NCBI GenBank assembly: GCA_038087875.1
Contig: CM075997.1
Span: 4,280,001-4,344,000, forward strand
Direction: 5' to 3'
DNA length: 64,000 bases
Source of the DNA: Malacoraja senta
Lineage: Eukaryota
In this document: positions 25,021 to 38,169 of the stretch, piece after piece
How positions within the stretch are numbered: the stretch's first letter is position 1
Layout: every line of letters starts with the position of its first letter
Notes under the pieces: generated by a model
The model's input: the letters and a program-made list of their open reading frames with translations, nothing else
What the model was told of the DNA's origin: nothing
Database searches by the model: none
Made by a program: the position numbers and the translations under genes

Positions 25021-25883
25021 TAAGAATTTCATTGTTCTAACCGGAGCATATGACAATAAAACACTCTTGATTCTTGACTCCGCTAACCCGTCAGAAGAGA
25101 GGTCTCGACCCGAAACGTCTCTCATTCCTTCTCTCCAGAGATAGAGACACAAAAAGCTGGAGTAACTCAGCGGGACAGGCAGCATCTCTGGAGAGAAGGA
25201 AACGGTGATGTTTCGGGTCGAGACCCTTCTCCAGAGATGCTGCCTGACCCGCTGAGTTACTCCAGCTTTGTGTGTCTACGGTTTAAACCAGCATCTGCCG
25301 TTCCCTCCGACACCCTGCATCCTTTATCCGCGCAACTAAAACCTTTTCACTGTATCTCGGTACTGGTGACATTAATAAGCTGCTTGGGGCTTCACATATT
25401 CTTAAAAGTCCATGTTAATTCCTGTCACGTGTACTGAGGTACAGGGAAAAGGTTTGTTTTGCATGCTATCCAAGCAGTTCAGATCCACCATACACACGTA
25501 TAATCAGTTGGAACTCCAGTGCATGCAAGGGTCAAGAATGATATGTTGTCATATGTCCCCAAAACTGAACAAAGAAATTCTTACTTGCAGCAGCACAACA
25601 GATTAAAATTCATAAGTTCCAGGAGCAGAATTAGGCCATTTGGCCCTTCAAGTCTACTCTGCCATTCAATCATGGCTGATCTGTCTTTCCCTCTCAACCC
25701 CATTCTCCTGCCTTCTCCCCATAATCCTTAACACCCTAACTAATCAAAAATCGGTCAATCTCCGCCTTAAAATACCCAATGATTTGGCCTCCACAGCGAT
25801 CTGTGGCAATGATTTCCACAGATTCACCACCCTCTGACTACAGAAATTCCACCTCATCTTCTTTATAAAGGAGAAACATATTA

Positions 25884-26135
25884 AGGGGCTGTCCCACTGT
25901 ATGAGGTAATTCAAGAGCTCTCCCGAGTTTAAAAAAAAATCAAACTCGTGGTAAGCACGGAGAATGAACGTAGCGGGTACGTCGGAGCTCGAGACGTCTC
26001 TTAACGCTAACGGCATGAAAAATGTCCACGAGAGCCCCGAGTACCTACGAGCGGCTATTACCGTAATTCTCCGAGTTCGAATCAGGGGAAACTCGGGAGA
26101 ACTCTTGAATTAGCTCGTACAGTGGGACAGCCCCA
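25884..26135. mobile_element. PIF/Harbinger-type MITE, subfamily D
   Basis: TIRs GGGGCTGTCCCACTGTA / TACAGTGGGACAGCCCC; TTA TSD at 25881-25883 and 26136-26138. Confidence 0.88.
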
Positions 26136-26493
26136 TTACTATGTAAACCTGGTACTCTGTAAACACCATATTAGAGCAAAGGGGAAGATACAGAGTGATG
26201 TCTCTTAATGCTGTCTGTACTGTTTTGGGTGCAGTCTTTGTGGAGTTTGCACGTTCTCCCTGTAACCGCGTGGGTTTGCTCCGGGTGCTCCGGTTTCCTC
26301 CCGCGTCCCAGAATTGGCCCTCTGTAAAAATTGCCCCTGGTGTGTCGGGAGTGGATGAAATAGTGGCATCACACAGAAGCTTTTCACTGTACCTCGGTAC
26401 ACGTGACAACAGACTGAACTCAACTCAACCCGGGCGAACGAGAGATCGCTGGTCGGTGTGGACAACACAAGACAAGACAAGACAGTTTATTGT

Positions 26494-26620
26494 CTGAAGA
26501 AGGGTTTCGGCCCGAAACGTTGCCTATTTCCTTCACTCCATAGATGCTGCTGCACCCGCTGAGTTTCTCCAGCATTTTTGTGTACCTTCGATTTTCCAGC
26601 ATCTGCAGTTCCTTCTTAAG
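26494..26620 (+). mobile_element. Penelope-derived repeat (type B) with hammerhead motif
   Basis: CTGAAGA-A-GGGT-TTCG-GCCC-GAAACGTT at 26494-26521. Confidence 0.75.
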
Positions 26621-26624
26621 CAAA

Positions 26625-27252
26625 GAGTTTACTGTCATGTATCCCAGATAGGACAATGAAATTCTTGCATTGCTGCAACACAACAGGATATAGTTGGCAT
26701 GAATACAGAAACAGATACCATAGAATATATATATACACACATCAATAAGCAGATAAAGTGCAATAGGCTGTTATAGTTCATAGTTTGTTTGAAGTTGTGT
26801 TTAATAGCCCGATGGCTGTGGGGAAGTAGCTATTCCTGAACCTGGATGTTGCAGATTTCAGGCTCCTGTACCTTCTACCTGATGACAGTGGAGAGATGAG
26901 TGTGTGGCCAGGATGGTGTGGGTCCTTGATGATGCTGCCAGCCTTTTTGAGGCAGCGACTGTGGTAGATCCCCTCGATGGTGGGGAGGTCAGAGCCGATG
27001 ATGGACTGGGCAGTGGTTACTACTTTTTGTAGTCTTTTCCGCTCCTGGGCGCTCAAGTTGCCGAACCAAGCCACGATGCAACCGGTCAGCATGCTCTCTA
27101 CTGTGCACCTGTAGAAGTTCGAGAGAGTCCTCCTTGACAAACCGACTCTCCGTAATCTTCTCAGGAAGTAGAGGCGCTGATGTGCTTTCTTTATGATTGC
27201 ATCAGTGTGCTGGGGCCAGGAGAGATCTTCGGAAATATGCACGCCCAGGAAT
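26625..27252 (-). mobile_element. Rex1/Babar-clade LINE 3' fragment
   Basis: [12 protein letters not shown]...[14 protein letters not shown]...; closely similar to 10178-10650. Confidence 0.92.
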
Positions 27253-27892
27253 CGGTGGGACGAAGGGCCTGTTTCTCGGCTGAATCCCCAAAAATAAAAA
27301 AATCCCCTAAAGTTTGCAGAGTGTAACGGTGAATGAATAGCCAGTAGATGTCTTCTCTTGCTGCGTGGTTTCGAGTAATGGATGTGTGCAATGTCGCGTA
27401 GAATTGAGCAGAGAGGGGTGAGTCTGAGGTGATAAATAGGCTTCCATTCCATTCAGCTGCCTGCCCACTATTCCACACAATACTGCTCTCCGTACATTAT
27501 CATTGTATGACCTTATTGCATCTTCGAGATGGAAATATAAATGTCCCAAATTAAATGGCAGATGCTTGAAAGTCTTATACATTTTGTGAAATATTCCTCA
27601 AGGCTCGATCGATGCGCGAGAATTGTTTTTTTGGGGGGATAGAGATTCATCCTGTAATAACCCTGGGAATATGTTCTATTTTTTGTTATCGGAAGTAAAA
27701 TCTGGGCAGCGTTATGCAGCAATAATGTGATGCCTTAAGCTATGATGTGTTGTGCAGTGTGTAATGGCAGCTCAGATCTGTCCAATTGCAGTGTTTGACA
27801 TTACTGCACAGCATCTTTACTTGAAGTTTCAACTAGGTCAATGGAATCAAATACAGGTTGGTTTCTGTTTGAGCTACTTTCTGGAAATTACA

Positions 27893-28470
27893 ATGCGTGT
27901 ACGTGTGTGTACGGTGTGCGCATGTATGTGTGTGCGCATGTTTTGCACGCGCGTGTCTGTGCGCATGTATGCACGCTTGTGCGTGCGGTGTGTGCGCATG
28001 TGTGTGGGTGTGGTGTGCGTGCAGTGTGTATGCGGCGTGTGTGTGGTGTGTGTGCGGTGTGTGTGCATGTGTGTGCGTGTGTGGTGTGTATGTGCTCAGG
28101 TGTGCGCTTGTGTGGGCGGTGTGTGTGTGGGGGCTGTGTGTGTGTGCGTGTGTGTGTGTGTGTGTATGTGTTTGGTGTGTGTGCGTGTGCATGTGTGTGC
28201 GTGCGGGTGTGTGCGCTCGTGTGCGGTGTGTGTGCGTGTGTGTGTGTGCGTGTGCATGTGTGTGCGTGCGGGTGTGTGCGCACATGTGCGGCGTGTGTGT
28301 GTTTGGTGTGTGTGTGCGTGTGTGTGTGTGTGTGTTTGGTGTGTGTGCGTGTGCATGTGTGCGTGCGGGTGTGTGCGCGCGTGTGCGGCGTGTGTGTGTT
28401 TGGTGTGTGTGTGTGTGTGTGTGTGCGTGTGTGTGCGGCGTGTGTGGGCGGTGTGAGCACGCGGGCGTGT
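27893..28470. repeat. Degenerate (TG/CG)n microsatellite
   Basis: Direct inspection. Confidence 0.97.
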
Positions 28471-29349
28471 ATTTGAGTTTAATTTATTGTCACGTGTACC
28501 GAGGTACCGTGAAAAGCTCTTGCTGCATGCTGAAGAGCAAAATGGAAAGGCCAGCGGAGTTGGTGTTCGAAGTAACGGGCGATTTATTAAACTGGTGCAC
28601 ACCAGGAGAACAGTCAAAGCTGATCAAATGAGGTCTTAATCACAGAAACTTGACTAACAATAAAACGAGGTCTTGCACAGAAACTTGACAAACGGTAAAA
28701 CGAGGTCTTGCCCAGGATGGAACTCAGAAAGTCTCAATTAGGTGACAAATAGATTGGGATGATTATCCACAAGCCTAACTTTGTTGACATTAGATCCAGT
28801 TTTCTGTTACAACGATGGGTGCACGCTATAGTATCATCAATGACGTTCCTGAAACGTAGGTGTCGGCGTGACACTCTACTTTTTCTCGGCTTTGTCTGCG
28901 GTTCCGTCACCACATTAGCATAATCCACAACCCTATTTACTAGTTATTAGCCCGCACTATTCTTCACCCCACAACAAGCACTAACCAGTCCGCGAAAGAC
29001 AATACATGATTATTTCAATTCAATTTTATTTGTCTTTTGGACAAATTTGTCATTTGGACCCCTTGAGGTCCAAACGAAATGTCGTTTCTGCAGCCATACA
29101 ATACAACACGAAGAAGACCCGAGACACAACACAATTTACACATACATCCATCACAGCGCTGTGATGGAAGGCAAAAAAACGTATCTCTTATTGTGCTTTG
29201 AACACTTGGAGTAGCATTATCATCGACAGGCCAGAGACCATTTTAGGCCACTGTGCTCCTGCGGTTCAAATATATAAAACACAAAGTGCTGGAGTAACTT
29301 AGTGAGTTAGGCAGCATCTGTGGAGGGGATGCATCTAATCTTATTGGAG

Positions 29350-29875
29350 CATGTGTGTGTGTGTATGTCTGTGGCAGTTTGTGTGTCTGTGGCAGTGTGT
29401 GTGTTTGTGTGTGGGTGTAGTGGTGTGAGTGTGTTTGCATGTATGTGGTAGTGTCAATGTGTGAGTGTGTCTGTGTGTAGTTGTCTGAGAGTGTGTGTGT
29501 GTGTGAGAGTGAGTGTGTGTTTGTGTGTGAGAGTGAGTGTGTGAGAGTGTGTGGTTGTGTGAGAGTGTGTGTGTTTGTGTGTGAGAGTGAGTGAGTGTGT
29601 GTGAGTGTGTGTTGTGTGAGAGTGTTGTGCGCATGTGTGTGTGTGCGTGAGTGTGTGTTCCCATACACATGCACACCCATATATCTATATATATATATGT
29701 GTGTGTGTACATCATGTGGATGAGTGTGTGAGAGTGAGTGAGTGAGTGTGTGAGAGTGTTGTGTGCATGAGTGTGTGACAGTGTGTGTTCACATACACAT
29801 GCATACCCATATAGATGTGTGTGAGTGTGTACATGGTGTGGTGGGTGGGTGGGTGGGTGTATGAGTGTGTGCGTT
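29350..29875. repeat. Degenerate (TG/GA)n microsatellite
   Basis: Direct inspection. Confidence 0.95.
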
Positions 29876-30532
29876 GCCATGCCACTGACTTGCCATTAAC
29901 AAGGCAGGATCATAGATATGTTGGTTGATCTGCTTTGCCTTGCGTGGGACAGTAGCCAAGGAGCATGCACATTTGTGCAGTAGTTGTTGCAGCTAATTCC
30001 TACGATGCTGAAAGATTCATCTGTTTGACAAAAAATATTGTCAGTGGGGCGACTAATCCGATAACGGACTGTGATCTGAGAGGTGACGGCTAGTCACCGT
30101 TTTATTGCCTCGAGGATGTTTTAACCTGTTAACCGCATGTTGAGAAGAGGTTTCCCCTGACGTTTACTCGCCTCCCAAGCCCAGCTGGTGTGAACATAGA
30201 AACATAGACAATAGGTGCAGGAGTAGGCCATTTGGCCCTTCGAGCCAGCACCGCCATTCAATGTGATCATGGCTGACCATCCATAATCAGTACCCCGTTC
30301 CTGCCTTCTCCCCCGTTAGCCTCAAATTGTGTTTCTTATTTTCTTTTGGTGCTCTTGAAATTGAATTCTGTCCTTGATTTGTGTACTGTGGTGTTTTTAT
30401 ATTTAATTTATTCCGATTATGTGTTTTGTATTTTTTTGTGATTCTATGCATTGTAAGGTGTCCTTGGGTTTTAGAAAGGCGCCAGTAAATAAAATGAATT
30501 ATTATTATTATTATTATAAGAGCTAAATCTAA

Positions 30533-30717
30533 AAGCCCTGTCCCACGGTACGAGTTCATTCCAAGAGCTCTCCCGAGTTTGCCCTGATTCGAACTCGGAG
30601 ATTTACGGTAATGGCCGCTCGTCGGTACTCGGGGCTCTCGTGGACATTTTTCAACATGTTTGAAAAATCTTCACGAGTCTTCCCGTGCTTACCTGCCATT
30701 AGCGTGGGACAGGGCTA
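30533..30717. mobile_element. PIF/Harbinger-type MITE related to subfamily D, inserted in a CR1 3' end
   Basis: TIRs AGCCCTGTCCCACG / CGTGGGACAGGGCT; TAA and TTA flanks; shares AAGAGCTCTCCCGAGTTT with 25884-26135. Confidence 0.8.
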
Positions 30718-31449
30718 TTACTCTCTCTTGAAAACATCCCGTGAATCGGCCTCCACTGCCTTCTAGAAACATAGAAAATAGGTGCAGGAGGAGGCCATTT
30801 GACCCTTTGAGCCAGCACCGCCATTCGTTGTGATCATGGCTGATCGTCCCCAATCAATAACCCGTGCCGGCCTTCATAGAAAAATAAGAACCTTATCTTG
30901 CTGTGCCAACAAGCTCCAGCTTTGAAACAGGCCCTTCGGCCCACCCAGTCCACGCCGACCATCGATCACCTGTTCACACTAGTTCCACGTTATCCCACTT
31001 TCTCATCCACTCCCTACACACCAGGGACAATGTAAAGAGGGCCGATGAACCTACGAACCCGCACGTCTTTGGGATGTGGGAGGAAACTGGAGGCGCTGTG
31101 AGGTAGTGGCTCCGTGCCAAGGATGAATTCTCTGTGGCAGAGAATTCCACAGATTCACAACTCTCTGGGTGAAACAGTCTTTCCTCATCTCAGTCCAAAA
31201 TGGCCGACTCCTTATTCTTACACTGTGACCCCTAGTTCTGGAGCATGCTCCATGCTGATGCATGGTGTACAATTCCATCTTTTGCAAGGGTTGCTTGCTT
31301 CGTGGACTTTGTCGACTGACTATCCAGTTTGCAATCGGCTACTCCCAACACTCTCTCTGCGTCCTGACTTTGTAATGGCAGCTGACGGGGAAACACAAGA
31401 GGCTTTGTGGCTGTTGGCTTTCCACCATACCCAGGGGGCTTCAATGCTG

Positions 31450-31850
31450 CTCCGTGGATTGTCACCTTGTCGTGGTGGAGAAGCTTGTGTGGTCCTGAGA
31501 TCCTGAGAGCGATGCCGACTGGAGCTATCTATGCTCCTGGTAGGGCCACCCATGGCGGTAAGGTCGAGGGGGAGGTCTCTGACAAAGAGGCCAATCCAAC
31601 CAAGACCTCAACGGTGGAACAGGCGGAGGACGATGGCTGACTTTAGTGGAGCGTCACAACGGCTGGGGAGGCGGATGAAGGCTGCAGCAGAAAAGGGTCT
31701 CCGGTCGTCTTGGACTCCATGCCCTGGATCCTGACCCACATCTGTCGAGGACCGTGGGGTGGCTGTCTGTGCACCAGTCTCCCCACGTTAAAACAAAGTC
31801 ACGCACAGGCGTCCTCCATATAAGGGAATAGCACCCTGGAGACACCCATG
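31450..31850 (+). mobile_element. RTE-clade retrotransposon 5' region
   Basis: GGATTGTCACCTTGTCGTGGTGG...CCTGGTAGGGCCACCCATGGC resembles RTE (Expander/BovB-type) 5' UTRs; homologous to 54489-54600. Confidence 0.65.
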
Positions 31851-33189
31851 CTCAGCCAAGACTGAGGGGGCCTAAGAAGAAGTGCTTTAATTTAGGGCAG
31901 GTTACAAGCACAGCACATAGAAGGCACAACATAGAAGACTGATTGCTACAGTACATGAACAGGCCGGCATGGTGGTGCAGCGGTAGAGTTGCTGCCCCCC
32001 AGCGCCAGAGAGCCGGGTACAATCCGGGGCTTGGATAGAGTGGATGTGGAGTGGATGTTTCCACTAGTGGGAGAGTCTAGGACTAGAGGCCACAGCCTCA
32101 GAATTAAAGGACGTTCTTTTAGGAAGGAGATGAGGAGAAATTTCTTGAGTCAGAGGGTGGTGAATCTGATTCTTTGCCACAGAAGGCTGTGGAGGCCAAG
32201 TCAATGGATATTTTTAAGCCAGAGATATAATAGATAGATACTTGATTAGTGCGGGTGTCAGGGGTTATGGGGAGAAGGCAGGAGAATGGGGTTAGGAGGG
32301 AGAGATAGATCAGCTATGATTGAATGGTGGAGTAGACTTGATGGGCCGAATGTCCAAATTCTACTCCTATCCCTTGTGACCTTATGACCTAACTCCGGGT
32401 GCTGTCTGTACGGAGGTTTGCACGTTCTCTCTGTGACCTTATGACCGAACTCCGGGTGCTGTCTGTACGGAGTCTGCACGTTCTCCCTGTGACCTGCGTG
32501 GGTTTTCCCCATTTGCTCCGGTTTCCTCCGAAGACGTGCAGGTTTGTGGGTTAATTGGCTCCGGTAAAATAGTAGATTGTCCCTAGTGTGCGTTGGATAG
32601 TGTTAGTGTGCGGGGATCGGTGGTCGGTGTGGACTCAGTGGGCCGAAGGGCCTGTTCTTGTGTTGTACCGTTCTGCACTCTATGTTCAATAATTCTGGGC
32701 TCAAAGATCCGTGCAGAGACATGGACAAGGACCTGCGCCCCTGCCACACCCCCGGTGCAGGTAATGCACTGCATTTTGTCGCATGGGCCAGCAAGTTTCA
32801 TCAAATCCAAGCTTTACTCTGCAGGCCACACTTTAGACTTTACATTAGACTTTGGAGATACAGCATAGAAACAGGCCCTTCGGCCCGTCCAGTCCATGCC
32901 GACCAACGATCAGCCATATTTTCCAGCTGTTATCAGGCAACTGAACCATCCTACCAACAACTAGAGTGTAGGCCTCAGCTACTATCTACCTCATTGCAGA
33001 TCCTCGGACTATCTTTGATCTGACTTTAATGGACTTTATCTTGCACCAAACGGTACTCACTTTATCATGTATCTGTACTCTGAAGAAGGGTCTCTACCTG
33101 AAATATCACCCATTCCTTCTCTCTAGAGATTCTGCCTGTCCCGCTGAATTACTCCAGCATTTTGTATCTTAAACCAGTATCTGCAGTTC

Positions 33190-33570
33190 CTTGGTAGACA
33201 AAAATGCTGGAGAAACACAGCGGGTGAGGCAGCTTCTATGGAGCGATGGAAATAGGCAACGTTTCGGGTTGAAAACCCTTCTTCAGACTGATGTGAGGGT
33301 GGAGGGGGGGGGGGAGGAAGAAAGGAAGAGGTGGCGCCAGAGAGCTGAGGGAGAGCTGGGAAGGGGAGGAGAAAGTAGGGAGCACCTGAAATTAGAGAAG
33401 TCAATGTTCATACCGCTGGGGTTGTAAACTGCCCAAGCGAAATATGAGGTGCTGCTCCTCCAATTTACAGTGGTCCTCACTCTGGCCATGGAGGAGGCCA
33501 GGACAGAAAGGTCGGATTCGGAATGGAGGGGGAGTTGAAGTGCTGAGCCACCGGGAGATCAGGTTGGTTA
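33190..33570 (-). mobile_element. Penelope-like element 3' end: GIY-YIG endonuclease remnant plus hammerhead repeat
   Basis: PVAQHFNS..., KLEEQHLIFRLGSL, MNIDFSNFR in shifted frames; hammerhead 33258-33286 with stem II GGGTT/AACCC. Confidence 0.82.
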
Positions 33571-34582
33571 TTTCTTCCAACACATCTGTACACTGCGGAC
33601 GGCTTGATTGTAATCATGTATTGTCTTTCCGCTGACTGGTTAGCACGCAACAAATGCGTTTCACTGTACCTCGGTGCACGTGACAATAAGCGAAACTAAA
33701 CGAAACGCTAGTCTATGTTATCCCAGTTTCGCATCCTACACACTAGGGGCAATTTACAGAAGCCAATTATCCTACAAACCTGTGCGTCTTTGGAGAGTGG
33801 GTGGAAACCAGAGCTCCCAGAGAAAACCCACGTGGTCACAGGGAGAACGAACAAACTCCGTACAGACAGAACCCGCAGTCGGGATCGAACCCGGGTCTTT
33901 GGCGCTGCGAGGCAGCAACTCTACCGCTGCGCTGTGTGGGAGAGTTTTCTCTGCGATAGAACTTTATTTAACCCAAGAAGGATAAATATATCTATCTGGC
34001 ATTTATGCCAGACAGATCCCAAGCCTGGGTCTACTGGGAAACATCCTCTCTCTCTCTGCAAGACACTCAATGTAATCCAGCTCATAATTATAGAAAAGTG
34101 ATGCTTTTCCAGAGGTTTAAGATGAAGACATTGTCCTCATTATCCACGCATTGTAGAAAGACGAGTTACATTTATTGTGATTATTGGATTCGAACAATAC
34201 ACTGACGATGATTAAAACTTTGAGAAAGTTCTTGTTAATGCTACGATTTCCATGTTCCCAATTAACGTTGACATCAGTGCAGCGTCCAAATCCTTAATGA
34301 GAGGTTTTATGGAGAGACATTGCCTTGGGATGAAGATTTTCATTACTCTTAACAGACAGGAGGCCCTTGTGGTGAAGGGAGTGTGAAATAGGCAGAGTGT
34401 TCACAGGCTTGTTCAGAAGATGGCGGGCCGTGGGTGGTAAAGGGACTGTAGCCACACACATGCAGAGAGTTTTCACTGTAAAAATAGTTGCCCCTCCGGT
34501 TTCGATTAACTCTTTCCCCACCTCACCTTAAACCTATGTCGTCTGCTTCTCGATTCCACTACTCTGGATAAAAGACTGTGCA

Positions 34583-35255
34583 TTTAGACAATAGACAATA
34601 GGTGCAGGAGTAGGCCATTTGGCCCTTCGAGCCAGCACCGCCATTCAATGTGATCATGGCTGATCATCCCCAATCAGTACCCCGTTCATGCCTTCTCCCC
34701 ATATCCCCTGACTCTGCTATCTTTAGACAAAAGACAATAGACAATAGGTGCAGGAGTAGGCCATTCGGCCCTTCGAGCTAGCACCGCCATTCAATGTGAT
34801 CATGGCTGATCATCCCCAATCAGTACCCTGTTCCTGCCTTCCCCCCATATCCCCTGACTCTGCTATCTTTAGACAATAGACAATAGACAATAGGTGCAGG
34901 AGTAGGCCATTCAGCCCTTCGAGCTAGCACCGCCATTCAATATGATCATGGCTGATCATCCCCAATCAGTAACTCGTTCCTGCCTTCTCCCATATCCCCT
35001 GACTCCGCTATCTTTAAGAGCCCTATCTAGCTCTCTCTTGAAAGCATCCAGGGAACTGGCCTCCACCGTCCTCCGAGGCAGAGAATTCCACAGACTCACA
35101 ACTCTCTGGGTGAAAAAGTGTTTCCTTGTCTCCGTTCTAAATGGCCTACCCCTTATTCTTAAACTGTGGCCCCTGTTTCTGGACTCCCCCACCATCGGGA
35201 ACATGTTTCCTACCTCTAGCGTGTCCAAACCCTGAATAATTTTATATGTTTCAAA
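34583..35255 (-). mobile_element. CR1 3' fragment with a triplicated 3' terminus
   Basis: 3'-end units start at 34583, 34722 and 34868; ORF 34956-35228. Confidence 0.92.
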
Positions 35256-35545
35256 TAAGATAGGAGCCCCTTGTGGTGAAGGAGAGTGTGAAGTAGGCCG
35301 AATAACCGATTAACTGATTCAATTAACCGATCTATTCCTCTTATGATCTTTTCCATGACCTTCCTCCAAGTCACTAATATACATGGAAAACATATGTCCC
35401 AGCACTGATCCCATCTGGACCCTACTGGTCACAGTTTGTCAAAGACCTTGTTTAACACACTTCCTCTATCTGTTGAGTAGCCTTCTGTCTCCCTGTCTTT
35501 TAGCCAACAGTGCCCCTGAAATATAATCATCGAGTCGTAGAGCGA

Positions 35546-35852
35546 GGTGACGCAGCGGTAGAGTTGCTGCCTTACAGCGCCGGAGACCCGGGTTAGGGCC
35601 CGACTACGGGTGCTGTCTGTACGGAGTTTGTACGTTCTCCCCGTGACCTGCGTGGGTTTTCTTCCGAGATCTTCGGTTTCCTCCCACACTCCAAAGACGT
35701 GCAGGTTTGTAGGTTAATTGGCTTGGTGTAAATGTAAATTGTCCCTAGTGTGTGTAGGATAGTGTTAATTTGCAGGGATCGCTGGTCGGTGTGGACTCGG
35801 TGGGCCGAAGGGCCTGTTTCCGCGCTGTATCTCTAAACTAAACTAAACTAAA
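35546..35852 (+). mobile_element. tRNA-derived V-SINE (HE1-like)
   Basis: tRNA-like head, V-domain, tail GGGCCGAAGGGCCTGTTTCCGCGCTGTATCT(CTAAA)n. Confidence 0.9.
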
Positions 35853-36892
35853 AATCATAGATGCTGCCTCACCCGCTGAGTTTCTCCACCATTTTTGCCG
35901 ACCTTAAACTAAACATCTGGCCTTTCTGTCCAACTTGTCCCTGCCGACCAACATGCCTCTTCTAAGATAGTTCCTGCGTTTGGCCCATATCCTTCCAGAC
36001 ACAGCTCTTACGGCTAACGGAATCCGGGGATATGGGGAGAAAGCAGGAATGTGGTACTGATTTGGGATGATCAGCCACGATCATATTGTATGGCGGTGCT
36101 GGCTCGAAGGGCCGAATGGCCTCCTCCTGCATCTATTTCTATGTTTCTATCCATGTACCTGTCCAAGTGTCCAAATTGCCCTGTGTCTTTGGGGTGTGGG
36201 GGGGGGGGGGGGGAACCGGAGCACCCAGTGGAAACCCACGCAGTCACAGGGAGAACGTGCAAACTCCGCACAGACAGCACCCGTGGTCAGGATCGAACCC
36301 GGGTCCCAACTCTACCGCTGCGTCACCAACCCGCTCCAAACCAACAACTGAAGATCCTAGTTCACAGAACAAAGGCACGGAGTGCTGGAGTAACTCAGCG
36401 GGTCAGGCAGCATCTCTGGAGGACATGGATAGGTGATATTTTGGATCGGGACCCTTCATGATAGAATGTTCATGCTATTGAATGATCTGAGGAAGTGCCT
36501 GACCATTCAGCCCACTGTCTCTCTGCTAGATATTTGCTGGATACAAGACCCGAAGACCATTACATAGGAGCAGACTTAGACCATTCAGCCCTTGAGTCTA
36601 TTCTGCCATTCTATCATGACTGGACTATCATCCCCCCCTCAACCCAATTCTTCAGCCCTATCCCCATAATCTTTGATGCTCTTACTAATCAAGAACCTAT
36701 CAATCTCTGCTTCAAAAACGCCCAATAATTTAGCCTCCAAAGAATTCCACAGATTCATCACCATCTGGCTAAAGTAATTCCTCCTCATCTCCTTTCTAAA
36801 TGTAAGTCCTTTAATTCTGAGCTATGCCCTCTAATTCTAGACACTCCCAATACTGGAAACATCCTCTCCTCATCCACTCTATCCAGGCCTTT

Positions 36893-37550
36893 CATAGATA
36901 CATAGATACATAGAAAATAGGTGCAGGAGTAGGCCATTCGGCCCCTTCGAGCCTGCACCGCCATTCAATATGATCATGGCTGATCATCCAACTCAGTAAT
37001 CCCATACCTGCCTTCTCTCCATACCCCCTGATCCCTTTAGCCACAAGGGCCACATCTAACTCCCTCTTAAATATAGCCAATGAACTGGCGTCAACTACCC
37101 TCTGTGGCAGAGAGTTCCAGAGATTCACCACTCTCTGTGTGAAAAAGTTTTTCCTCATCTCGGTCTTAAAGGATTTCCCCCTTATCCCTTAAGCTGTGAC
37201 CCCTTGTCCTGGACTTCCCCAACATCGGGAACAATCTTCCTGCATCTAGCCTGTCCAACCCCATAAGAATTTTGTACGTTTCTATAAGATCCCCTCTCAA
37301 TCTCCTAAATTCTAGCAATGTGAACTTTGGAGTTTGGACGTTCTCCAAGATCTTCGGTTTCAATAGATAATAGACAATAGGGCAGGAGTAGGCCATTCGG
37401 CCCTTCGAGCCAGCACCGCCATTCAATGTGATCATGGCTGATCATCCCCAATCAGTACCCCGTTCCTGCCTTCTCCCCATATCCCCTGACTCCGCTATTT
37501 TTAAGAGCCCTATCTAGCTCTCTCTTGAAAGCATCCAGAGAACCTGCCTC
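36893..37550 (-). mobile_element. Two adjacent CR1 3' fragments
   Basis: ORFs 36892-37158 and 37166-37435; two different tails (TCTATG-type and TATTGTC-type). Confidence 0.88.
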
Positions 37551-38169
37551 CCACATCCCAAAACGTACATGTATACATGTAAAAAAAAAATCTCTGGTGT
37601 GTGTAGGATGGTGTTAATGCGTGGGGATCGCTGCTCAGCGCAGACCCGATGGGCCGAACAGCCTGTTTCCACGCTGTATCTCTAAACTTTGTAATCTTTA
37701 ATGATTCAGTTATTTCACCAACAAATAACCATGGCGATTCTTCAAGGATGGTTGTCTTTGCTTCCAGTCAAGGCCAAGTCAGATTCAGCCATTTGCAATT
37801 GGCTCAGTGTCACTGTGAGAGGGAGAAGGAGGGGGGCATCTTTCCTGCTCAGGATCGCCACCCTGTGACTCCTGAGGGTAGTGCGAGCTGATGGAAAGGC
37901 AGGGGCCCGAGAGAGTGCAACTAACCAACTATTCCCCAGAGGAACTCAGCCCATCGAGCGGCATCCATGAGGGGAAAGGAAAGGTCACTTTTGGGTTTTT
38001 GCATCAGTAAAGGAGCTTTTACCGACTCCATTCTCTTATGTTTGTGCTCTTCAATCCTTTTGTCTCACACCTGCTGTTGATCCAATCATCTGCCTATCTA
38101 ACATCCCCTCGCCTGTGGTCCACCTGCAAATAGTCTGAAGAAGGGTCCCGACCAGAAATGTCACTGGAG

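Noticed and set aside
27752..28631. Long Cys/Val-rich and His/Thr-rich ORFs
   Set aside because: Translations of a TG microsatellite; the same applies to 29243-29880
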